A stretch of DNA of 64,000 nucleotides, taken from positions 17,807 through 81,806 of the IMG/VR virus record IMGVR_UViG_3300032883_000188. The stretch is one strand, 5' to 3'. The DNA comes from a virus. The notes beneath the pieces are model-generated. The model made no database searches. It was not told the origin of the DNA and saw only the letters and a program-made list of their open reading frames with translations. Position 1 is the stretch's first letter, and every line of letters starts with the position of its first letter. Shown piece by piece: positions 39,777 to 48,100 of this stretch. Made by a program: the position numbers and the translations under genes.

Positions 39777-41336
39777 TTATATCGTAACAGCGCTGTACTC
39801 TTCGGAGTTCAATACTTCTAGCATTGCGTCATAGGCAGTTACACCTACGGCGTTTAAAATGCCCTTAAATACACTTGGAGACTGTCCGCTTGCAAGCTGG
39901 ATACCGTGCTCATCCTTGGTGGCGTGAAACACGTTGCCGTTGCGGGAGTCAACATTCCAATAAACCATGTCTGGTAGTTCGTAACCAGCATGTGCGAATC
40001 TGGTCTTTAGCTCGGTAGTGAAGTCAACCTTGCGGCTGGTGCTACGACTATTACGGCTCATGAAACTATAACCGTTTTGAACACTATCGATTTCCATATC
40101 GGAGATAACCACAATCTTTGCTGGCATGTCTTCCTGAGAAACCTTGTTCTTTACAGCAACATCCAGAAGCAGTTCGAAAACAGCTTCCAAGTTGGTGTTG
40201 GAGTCGTCATGGTCAACGCAAGCAACCTTGTCCTTAAGAGTTGCACCCTTAAGCGTAATGAAATGAGGTGTGCTTGAGAAGGTCATGAACTGGTTGTGGA
40301 ACTGCCCCTTATTGTGCTCGGCAAAGTAAATACCAAGACCAATGGAGGTGCAAACAGGACGACCCTGCATAGAACCGGAAGTGTCCGCAACAATCAAGAC
40401 ATTCTCCCCGTTTTCCACATAATTAGGAAGAGCATTCCACTGTGCTTCAAGAGTCTCATCCCAAGAGGCAAGACCGTATACATCATGACGACCACTATAA
40501 TAACCGCGTCTTCCATCCGTATAGTAACCTGCGCTCAAACCAGCCTTTTCCAAGATATCGTAAGGGTAAAGAGTTGCAGAGTGAATAACTGCATCACCCT
40601 TCTTGACAGCCTCAAGATACTTGACAAAACGCTCACCATCGTGCTTTGAGAACGCCTTACGGCTGTTCGTCATAGCCTTACTGCAAACCTTCTCGAAATC
40701 AATTTCATTCCAGTTGTTTGCAGACATTTTCTTTTCAACAACCGCATTACCCAACGCACCACGAATGTTGGAAAGGATTCTGCGGTAATCGCGCTCGGAG
40801 AAACCCAACTTGTTGGCGGTATAACGTCCCAAAGCGCGGGTCTTCAAAGAAGATGAGTTAACGGACTTGAGCCACTTTGCAAGCAAAGAAGGACTCTTGC
40901 CCTTGGTACGGATTGTCTTAATATCCTCTACCAATTGGGTGCTAATAAAGCCCCACATCTCATTTTCTATTGGAGTATCAATGAACATATACAGGTCGTC
41001 CCAACGTCCAAAGACAGGAACAAGGTGCATGTTCTTTTTCATGATTTCTGGTACGTTAATAGCCAACCAGCGCCACATGAAACGGCTGACAGTACGCTCA
41101 CCCAAGCCACCGCGAATGTTACGTGCATAGAAACTTAACTTGGTAGCAAGCAAGCGGTCTTCCGCAAAAGCGGATGCGAACATGTCGATTACATCGCCCG
41201 GGCGGGTGCGCAATGCACCAACCGTGCCATATAAATCGAGTAAAGAACTTCCAGTGCTGGAACGAGCAATCTGTCCGTTCTCCGTGAAAGTCCAGTTGAA
41301 TTCCTCACCCAATAGAGTTGCGAAATTCTTGTTCAT
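39777..41336 (-). CDS. DUF2828-family protein: Ro60/TROVE-like helical domain plus vWA (MIDAS) domain
   Basis: TENG..A..STG..LLDL, FYARNIRGG.GER, G.WDDL, LAKW, LYPYDI, QW.ALP, ADTSGSM (DxSxS), TNL..VF, ISDMEID, YWNV, SG.S. Confidence 0.85.
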   Translation of the reverse strand: MNKNFATLLGEEFNWTFTENGQIARSSTGSSLLDLYGTVGALRTRPGDVIDMFASAFAEDRLLATKLSFYARNIRGGLGERTVSRFMWRWLAINVPEIMKKNMHLVPVFGRWDDLYMFIDTPIENEMWGFISTQLVEDIKTIRTKGKSPSLLAKWLKSVNSSSLKTRALGRYTANKLGFSERDYRRILSNIRGALGNAVVEKKMSANNWNEIDFEKVCSKAMTNSRKAFSKHDGERFVKYLEAVKKGDAVIHSATLYPYDILEKAGLSAGYYTDGRRGYYSGRHDVYGLASWDETLEAQWNALPNYVENGENVLIVADTSGSMQGRPVCTSIGLGIYFAEHNKGQFHNQFMTFSSTPHFITLKGATLKDKVACVDHDDSNTNLEAVFELLLDVAVKNKVSQEDMPAKIVVISDMEIDSVQNGYSFMSRNSRSTSRKVDFTTELKTRFAHAGYELPDMVYWNVDSRNGNVFHATKDEHGIQLASGQSPSVFKGILNAVGVTAYDAMLEVLNSEEYSAVTI

Positions 41337-41363
41337 TGTGAATCTCCCTTAGAATTTTAGTCT

Positions 41364-41394
41364 AGGCACATTTCGGAAAACGCTGTTAGTGCCT
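41364..41394 (-). ncRNA. ACAGC-array unit 1 (minimal)
   Basis: AGGCAC-UAACAGC-GUUUUCCGAAAU-GUGCCU. Confidence 0.6.
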
Positions 41395-41409
41395 GAATTC
41401 TTATTTGGC

Positions 41410-41468
41410 TAGACACCCTTTTCTCCAATTATCATTTGGGTTTTCATTTGGGTTGCTGTAGGCGTCTA
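41410..41468 (-). ncRNA. ACAGC-array unit 2
   Basis: UAGACGCC/GGUGUCUA stem (G.U), UACAGCAACCCAAA, internal CCAA-AUGAUAA-UUGG hairpin. Confidence 0.7.
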
Positions 41469-41484
41469 ATTTTATAATTGCATC

Positions 41485-41574
41485 AAGACAGTTTGTTTTT
41501 ATTAAAAATCGCATTGCAATTTTTCTCGGAATCGAACCAAGTTTATCCAGTTGTTGTGTCGCTGTAACTGTCTT
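41485..41574 (-). ncRNA. ACAGC-array unit 3 (tRNA-like T arm)
   Basis: AAGACAGUU/AACUGUCUU stem, ACAGCGACACAA, CUUGG-UUCGAUU-CCGAG T arm then a 9-bp hairpin. Confidence 0.7.
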
Positions 41575-41592
41575 TCTTATATAATCTTATGC

Positions 41593-41651
41593 AAGACCCG
41601 TAAACATTTCACATTAACAGTGTGGGTTTTTTGAGTTGCAGTGAGGGTCTT
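41593..41651 (-). ncRNA. ACAGC-array unit 4
   Basis: AAGACCC/GGGUCUU stem, CACUGCAACUCAAA, CACA-CUGUUAA-UGUG hairpin. Confidence 0.7.
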
Positions 41652-41669
41652 AAATTTATTATTTTATGC

Positions 41670-41728
41670 AAGGCACTATTAACATTTTCATCCATTGAAA
41701 GGTTTGTTTGGGTTGCTGTGAGTGCCTT
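41670..41728 (-). ncRNA. ACAGC-array unit 5
   Basis: AAGGCACU/AGUGCCUU stem, CACAGCAACCCAAA, UUUCA-AUGGA-UGAAA hairpin. Confidence 0.7.
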
Positions 41729-41776
41729 CTTACTTGCTGACCATTATCAGCCTTTCTTTCACTCTTTTCTATTTTC

Positions 41777-41844
41777 ACGGCTCATTTTGAAGTGACATTC
41801 AATTTTTTGGGGTCATTTTGTATTTGGGTTGCTGTATAAGCCGT
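41777..41844 (-). ncRNA. ACAGC-array unit 6
   Basis: ACGGCUUAU/AUGAGCCGU stem (U.G), ACAGCAACCCAAA. Confidence 0.7.
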
Positions 41845-41857
41845 AATTTATATATTC

Positions 41858-41886
41858 ATTATACCATATTTTTCATATTTTGTCAA
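41858..41886 (-). promoter_or_regulatory. consensus sigma70/sigmaA promoter inside the array
   Basis: TTGACA-17 nt-TATAAT with extended TG; predicted start just 5' of unit 6. Confidence 0.85.
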
Positions 41887-41968
41887 GACTCGGTTTTTAG
41901 CCTTTTTTCTCCGTCATGCTTGGGACGCAATATCCATAACTGTAAGTATGAATGCTGTACAAAGTCTT
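41885..41968 (-). ncRNA. ACAGC-array unit 7
   Basis: AAGACUU/GAGUCUU stem (U.G), UACAGCAUUCA, internal CGUC/GACG hairpin. Confidence 0.6.
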
Positions 41969-41985
41969 TAGAATATGAATTCGTG

Positions 41986-42015
41986 CCGGGACGCATATAT
42001 TGCGCTTTATCCCGG
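41986..42015 (-). ncRNA. ACAGC-array unit 8 (degenerate minimal)
   Basis: CCGGGA-UAAAGC-GCAAUAUAUGCG-UCCCGG. Confidence 0.4.
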
Positions 42016-42054
42016 TGACATCCCATGGATTAGACCCCTACTTTTTTTATATCC

Positions 42055-42141
42055 AAGGCTCGTTTTTTTCGGGGCTAACCCTCGGGATGGCTGTGCCATC
42101 AGACGGTTTTTCAACCAAGTTTGGGTTGCTGTATGAGCCTT
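42055..42141 (-). ncRNA. ACAGC-array unit 9
   Basis: AAGGCUC/GAGCCUU stem, AUACAGCAACCCAAA, three internal hairpins (GGUU-GAAA-AACC; GAUGGC-ACA-GCCAUC; GGG-UUAG-CCC). Confidence 0.7.
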
Positions 42142-42145
42142 ATAG

Positions 42146-42217
42146 CTGGCGGGAAAGGATTCGAACCTCTAACCTTGACGTTCAGAGCGTCCTGCGCTAC
42201 CGTTGCGCTACTCGCCA
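42146..42217 (-). tRNA. tRNA-Gln(CTG)
   Basis: Cloverleaf; GACG-CTCTGAA-CGTC; GGTTCGAATCC; CCA not encoded. Confidence 0.85.
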
Positions 42218-42221
42218 ATGT

Positions 42222-42800
42222 TTAAGCACATTTTAATGTGCCATATGCCTTTTGCCTATATGCTATAATATTATCATCCCTTATAACATAAGAAAAATCG
42301 CTTTTTGAAAGTCTTTGCATTTCCCTATTTATTTCAGAAGGATTGCAATTGCGCCATTCAAAAGTAATACTATCTATTGCGTCTACATCGAACTGCTTCA
42401 ATATCTCGCAATCATGACCTTCGGCATCTATTTTCAAATAATCAATCTTTTCAACTTTATGTTTTTCAAGAAGGTCTGCAACTGTTATCATTGGTAGTAC
42501 TATTTCACTCAAAATGTTTCTTGCATTATCAGTATGGTATTTATGTAAAGAGCCTACACCTCTCATCCAATCTCCCAAATTCATCCTCTTTATGGTTTCT
42601 TGGGTGACATAGTAAAAAGGAAAATTTCCTCTTTCAGTTCCGATAATTGAATTTTCGTAGGATACACCTTCTACACGCTCAATCAGATTAAAATACTCGG
42701 GCACTGGTTCTACAACCAAGCCATTCCAGCCCTCATCACGAGCCAGATAAACAAGATTTGAAAAGTAGTTTGCACCAATTTCTACAAAGAATTTTTTCAT
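42222..42800 (-). CDS. FkbM-family SAM-dependent methyltransferase
   Basis: FVEIGAN, GLVVEP, IDYLKIDAEGHD. Confidence 0.88.
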   Translation of the reverse strand: MKKFFVEIGANYFSNLVYLARDEGWNGLVVEPVPEYFNLIERVEGVSYENSIIGTERGNFPFYYVTQETIKRMNLGDWMRGVGSLHKYHTDNARNILSEIVLPMITVADLLEKHKVEKIDYLKIDAEGHDCEILKQFDVDAIDSITFEWRNCNPSEINREMQRLSKSDFSYVIRDDNIIAYRQKAYGTLKCA

Positions 42801-42819
42801 TGACTCCTCTTAAATAAGG

Positions 42820-42890
42820 CAGGTAGTGAGAGATTCGAACTCCCGTCAGAAGTTTTGGAGACAACTATCCTTCCACTAGACGAACCACCT
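42820..42890 (-). tRNA. tRNA-Trp(CCA)
   Basis: AGGTGGT/ACTACCT acceptor, CTCCAAA loop, GTTCGAATC; weak anticodon stem. Confidence 0.75.
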
Positions 42891-42951
42891 GTGCATCAGA
42901 CGCCATTACTGGCGTCTAAAGAACTTTTTGTACACATGGTACATAAGGCTG

Positions 42952-43024
42952 TGGAGCAGGTGGGTTTCGAACCCGCGACCTCTTCAATGCCATTGAAGCG
43001 CTCTCCCAATTGAGCTACAACCCC
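42952..43024 (-). tRNA. tRNA-Ala(GGC)
   Basis: CTTCA-ATGGCAT-TGAAG; G3.U70. Confidence 0.88.
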
Positions 43025-43028
43025 ATAG

Positions 43029-43101
43029 TGGACTAGACGAGACTCGAACTCGTAATCTTCTCGTTGCGGACGAGACGCGTTCCCGCTTGCGCTACAAGCC
43101 C
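43029..43101 (-). tRNA. tRNA-Ala(CGC), C33 variant
   Basis: TCTCG-TCCGCAA-CGAGA; G3.U70; A73. Confidence 0.75.
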
Positions 43102-43119
43102 ATACTAATTGTGTTACAG

Positions 43120-43193
43120 TGGACACGGCGAGACTCGAACTCGCAATTCCTTCTTGCAAAGGAGGCGTTTTCCCGATTGGCTACTACGCGCCC
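43120..43193 (-). tRNA. tRNA-Ala(TGC)
   Basis: TTTGCAA loop; G3.U70; GTTCGAGTC. Confidence 0.8.
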
Positions 43194-43278
43194 ATTTTGG
43201 GGGATATTATTCCCCCTTTTTTAACTTTTAATTGAGGAGCAGGAGAGTCGTATACCTGCCAATTTAAGCATGAATAAT

Positions 43279-43307
43279 ATTATACCACATAAACTTGCAT
43301 TTGTCAA
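43279..43307 (-). promoter_or_regulatory. consensus sigma70-type promoter for the tRNA cluster
   Basis: TTGACA-17-TATAAT with TGTGG extension. Confidence 0.85.
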
Positions 43308-43398
43308 GGGCTATTATCCATAGGCTTGCGAGTATTTATTGACGGACTTTAACCGTCTCAAAACCCATACGGGTTTTCTCATCCTCAATCTATATATC

Positions 43399-43427
43399 AT
43401 TATACCACACTTTTGTTATTTTGTCAA
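43399..43427 (-). promoter_or_regulatory. second tandem consensus promoter
   Basis: TTGACA-17-TATAAT with TGTGG extension. Confidence 0.85.
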
Positions 43428-43431
43428 GGGT

Positions 43432-43449
43432 ATAAAATCTTTATTTTAA
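43432..43449 (-). repeat. oriented WTAAAM-T-N5-TTTTAT site (copy 5)
   Basis: minus strand TTAAAA TAAAGA TTTTAT overlapping the stop of 43446..43976. Confidence 0.6.
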
Positions 43450-43976
43450 TAGTGATTGGTCAATAACAATCTACCAATTACGGTCTGTTCCCCACTGGCT
43501 TGATATGTTACATAAACGTGCCATAGCCTTACCGTATAATCCGTATGGCTTCCTGACCATGGATTTACTGGCATAGCGGCATATGAATTGGTATCGTCTT
43601 TAAATGAATTTTGACCAGTTGTAGTGCCATAGTAAGCCAACGTTGTGGAGGTTGTGCTGGCTTCTGCGCCGAACCAGTACGTAGTATTGTTTGCCAAAGC
43701 ATATGGGGTATTGAAGGTTACCGTAAACCAATTAAGTGATATTACTCCAAATGTAGCTTGTCCATTAGCCAAAAGATTGTTTGGAAGATTGCTGGAATCA
43801 GAATATAAAGCAACTTTCATATCTCCGGTAGTAGTTGCATTTAGATACCAACTCATGCTTACAGCATTTTGTCCACTCACAGTACCGTCTGTTGTAAATT
43901 GGGCATATTTTGCCGTACCGCCTGTATCAATATAGGAACTTGCACCACCTGTGTCCTGATTACCAAACCAGCCCAT
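43446..43976 (-). CDS. beta-sandwich (carbohydrate-binding-like) protein
   Basis: KVALYSD...P..LLA...WFTVTF.TP..L..NTTYW pattern. Confidence 0.55.
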   Translation of the reverse strand: MGWFGNQDTGGASSYIDTGGTAKYAQFTTDGTVSGQNAVSMSWYLNATTTGDMKVALYSDSSNLPNNLLANGQATFGVISLNWFTVTFNTPYALANNTTYWFGAEASTTSTTLAYYGTTTGQNSFKDDTNSYAAMPVNPWSGSHTDYTVRLWHVYVTYQASGEQTVIGRLLLTNHY

Positions 43977-43985
43977 ATTCCCTCC

Positions 43986-45092
43986 TTATATCTTTTTGAA
44001 CCATATAGTTCCAAAAACACCATCCGGTTTTCCAAATTTGTCTGTCACCGCTCTTACAACCTCGGGGAAATTATTTGGGTCATAATCATGCCCACATATT
44101 AATTTTTTTGCTTTAGGATACCAGTTATTGATGTCTGATAATGTTTCTAGATATGTATGCCCCGCATCAATAAAAACCATGTCCACTGATTTAGTAGTAA
44201 ATCTCTGTGATGCTTCATTGGTAGTCATTTTTAAAACATTTATATTTTTAAATTCTTTTGTATTTTTCAAGAACTCGGAATAAATATCCTCGCTTTCGGA
44301 AAGTTCTTTTGTTCTATCTCCAATACTTCCAAGCCAGTGGTCTACACACCACACCGTTCCTTTGCAACCGCTGGCTAAAGCGTGTGTACTTCTACCTTTC
44401 CAAGAACCTAGTTCTACTATACTGTCCATTTGTTTTGCTTGATTATATAAAAACTCCATTTCACTTGGAAACATCCAGCCTTCGATTTCCGGTACAACAT
44501 ACTCTGAAACAGCGTAATTATCCACTCCTAATTTTATTTTACCAACATGATGTACGTTCTGGCTTAAATCATGGTCAATCCATATTTTATAACCATATTT
44601 TCTGGCTAACTCACAAAAATAAATGTCTTCTCCCAAATAATAAGTACCCATCCAAGGCATGTTGAAACGAGGAAGGGGCAGTTTTTTAAGCACATCCGTC
44701 TTTATTAAAACAAGCCCCATCCCAATCGAATCAACTTCTTGTATACCTGTTTTACCTACTGAACTCACTCCTTGATGGTTTATCATGGCTGTCCATTTCT
44801 CTTGCTCAACTCTTTGTATATAATTTGCACCAATAATATCTTTATCGCGAGAACGTAACCTTTCAATCGAATCTTTTGGAAACATCATATCGGAATCAAT
44901 AAAAGATAAATGGGTTGCACCTATTTTGGAAACCGCATCCGCCGCGCCTTCTCTTAGTGTTTGTATATAAGAGCCAACAACGGCGGCGAAAGAATATTCT
45001 GGATTTGTACGAAGCAATTCGACCAAATCACAATGAGTATTTACGTCTATCACATCTCTGGTGAGCGTGCATACGTATATCATTTTTATCAC
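43986..45092 (-). CDS. GT-A glycosyltransferase-like + class I SAM methyltransferase fusion
   Basis: FIDSDM, GMGLVLIK, GEDIYFC; GWM..E, VELGSWKGRST, VFIDAGHTY, GHDY. Confidence 0.85.
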   Translation of the reverse strand: MIKMIYVCTLTRDVIDVNTHCDLVELLRTNPEYSFAAVVGSYIQTLREGAADAVSKIGATHLSFIDSDMMFPKDSIERLRSRDKDIIGANYIQRVEQEKWTAMINHQGVSSVGKTGIQEVDSIGMGLVLIKTDVLKKLPLPRFNMPWMGTYYLGEDIYFCELARKYGYKIWIDHDLSQNVHHVGKIKLGVDNYAVSEYVVPEIEGWMFPSEMEFLYNQAKQMDSIVELGSWKGRSTHALASGCKGTVWCVDHWLGSIGDRTKELSESEDIYSEFLKNTKEFKNINVLKMTTNEASQRFTTKSVDMVFIDAGHTYLETLSDINNWYPKAKKLICGHDYDPNNFPEVVRAVTDKFGKPDGVFGTIWFKKI

Positions 45093-45109
45093 AATCTCCT
45101 GATAATTTT

Positions 45110-48100
45110 TTAACCAAAGTTACCACCAAAAGCGGCTGTATCTGCACCGAGTTCTGATATACGGAAAAAACTATCAGCCTGTACAAGAACTGTTGTACCC
45201 GGTGCGGCACTAAATTGAAATTGTGGAATAATTGTTCCACCTGTGTTTATTCTCATAATTCCAGAAGCCCTAAGCCACCATGCTGTAGTACCCGTTGCAA
45301 CTATAACTGTTGCGGCGGCTGTTTGTACATGGGTACTGCTTTGGGCTGTACCCGTGGTATCCTCGGCAACAAATTGCCCTAAGCCCATATATCTTATTCT
45401 TGTATAGGTTGCCGTACCACCAAAAGCCAAAGCCTTTGTGCATGTGGTTGTACCATTGGTTACAGAAATAAATAAATCAAACCAATAGGTTTTATTTGCG
45501 GAGGCTGTAAATGCATCATGCGCGGCAGGAAAACACGGTTGTACTGCACCCGAACCACCCGTGTTGTAGCCTGTATAGTCGCCTGTATTAGAACACCAAT
45601 AAACAGTTGCGCCTGTAGCGCCTACGACACCTGTTGCTCCTGTTATACCTTGTATACCTGCGCCCGTTTGACCTTGGATACCAGTTTGACCCTGTATACC
45701 CGTTTGTCCTGTAGCACCTTGAGTACCACCACCTGTTGTACCTTGTATACCTGTAACACCTGTTAAGCCCTGTAAACCTGTACCTCCCTGAGAAACCCAT
45801 ATATCCCATTTTGTAGGAGATGAAGAAGGAGGGTTGCCTTGGTTAGCACCTGTTTTGGAAATATAGGCAGAGCCAGTATAAGATACAGCATCGGCAGTAG
45901 TATAAGTAGTACCTGTAACCCAAGCGCCATACCAAGAACCTTGTACGCTTTGTCCTGTAACACCTGTTAAACCTTGCAAACCTGTAACACCAGTTATACC
46001 CTGCGTACCCCCACCAGTTTGTCCTTGGATACCTGTTTGCCCCTGTATACCCGTTACACCTGTTAAACCTTGCGTACCTGCGCCTGTCTGACCTTGTATA
46101 CCAGTTTGACCTTGTATGCCTGTAACACCTGTTAAGCCCTGTGTACCTGCACCAGTTTGTCCCTGAATACCTGTTTGCCCTTGTATACCCGTAACACCTG
46201 TTAAACCTTGTATACCTGCGCCTGTCTGTCCTTGGATACCAGTTACACCTGTTACTCCTTGTATACCTGCGCCTGTTTGCCCTTGGATACCTGTCTGTCC
46301 TTGTATACCAGTTACACCTGTTACTCCTTGTATACCTGCGCCTGTTTGTCCTTGTATACCCGTTTGTCCAGTAGCGCCCGGTACATTAGAGATACCTGTA
46401 ATACCTTGTAAACCTGTTTGTCCCTGTATACCTGTTTGTCCCTGTATACCTGTTTGCCCTTGTATACCCGTTTGCCCTGTAGCGCCCGGTACATTAGAAA
46501 CTCCGGTTTGTCCTTGTAAACCCGTGACACCAGTTAAACCTTGTACACCTGTTTGCCCCTGTATACCTGTTTGACCAGTAGCGCCCGGTACGTTCGAAAC
46601 TCCGGTTTGCCCTTGAAGTCCTGTTACGCCTGTTAATCCCTGTGCGCCTGTCTGTCCTTGAATACCTGTTTGTCCGGTAGCACCCGGTACATTAGAAACA
46701 CCCGTAGCTCCTGTTGTACCTTGTATACCCGCGCCTGTTGTACCTTGTATACCTGTAGCACCTTGTATACCCGTTCGTCCAGTTACACCCGTGATGCCCT
46801 GTGTACCAACACCTGTAATACCTTGAAGTCCTGTTACACCCTGAATACCAGTTTGTCCGGTTGCACCGGGAACGTTGGAAACACCCGTCTGTCCTTGAAG
46901 CCCGGTTACACCTGTTAAACCTTGAATGCCCGTAACACCCTGTATACCTGTTTGTCCGGTAGCACCCGGCACGTTAGATATACCTGTAATACCCTGCAAA
47001 CCTGTCTGTCCTTGTATACCAGTTTGCCCTTGTATACCCGTTTGCCCTGTAGCACCGGGTACATTAGATACACCCGTAACACCCGTTATACCCTGTATAC
47101 CCGTAACTCCGGTTAAACCCTGTGTGCCTACTCCGGTTTGTCCTTGAATACCAGTGTTTCCCTGTCCAACCCACAAATCCCAATGGGATGCATCGGTAGG
47201 AAGATTGCCTTGGTTTGCATTTGTGTTTGATATATAAGAAGAACTATTGTAAGATACAGAATCGGCAATAGAGTAGCTAACACCTGTAACCCATGCACCA
47301 TACCATGTACCAGCAACGCTGAGACCTGTTACACCTGTTAACCCTTGAATGCCTGTTGTACCCTGCACGCCAGTAGCACCAATTGCGCCCTGCATTGCCA
47401 TAACAAGAAGGTCGGTTCTATTAACAGCAACCGTACCGCTTCCTGAAACCCTGTACATTCTGCCTTTAACCGTGTATGTACCTGCGGCTAAAGGTGTATC
47501 AGTTCTATGTACAATAGTTACGGTAAGCAAACTTGTACTGGTTACATGAACCACTTCAACATCGTGGTCAGTACCATTAAAATTTATTGCTATACCAATA
47601 TCAGAAACACCACCCGAATCCAAATATATCTGGCAGGTCATAAATGTGGCAATATTCGAAGTTGAACCAGTAGTAATATTGGTGGTTGCGTTAGTAATGT
47701 CTTTGATAGTGCCAACATTATCTGTTGTTATGGTTGTTGTTTCAACATAAGAGGATGGCAATTCACCTGCAACTGCCGCCGCTCCCATTATACCTGTTAC
47801 ACCTTGTATTCCTGTTACACCTGTTACACCCTGTACACCCGCTCCGGTTTGTCCTTGTATACCTGTCTGTCCTGTAGCGCCGGGTACATTTGAAATACCT
47901 GTGATACCTTGAAGACCTGTAATACCTTGTAAACCCGTAACACCTTGTATACCTGTCTGTCCTGTAGCGCCGGGTACGTTAGATACGCCTGTCTGTCCTT
48001 GTACACCCGTCTGCCCTTGTATACCAGTTTGTCCCTGTATACCTGTTGCACCCGTAACACCTGTAAAACCTGCTCCGGGTACGCCTGTCTGCCCCTGTAT

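Noticed and set aside
41364-42141. CRISPR array interpretation of the repeated GGGTTGCTGT motif
   Set aside because: The shared motif is only ~5-13 nt, flanking stems vary with compensatory changes, unit lengths range ~30-90 nt, and no cas genes are in the window.
42896-43159. 87-aa ORF in the track
   Set aside because: Overlaps three well-formed tRNA-Ala genes on the same strand; spurious.
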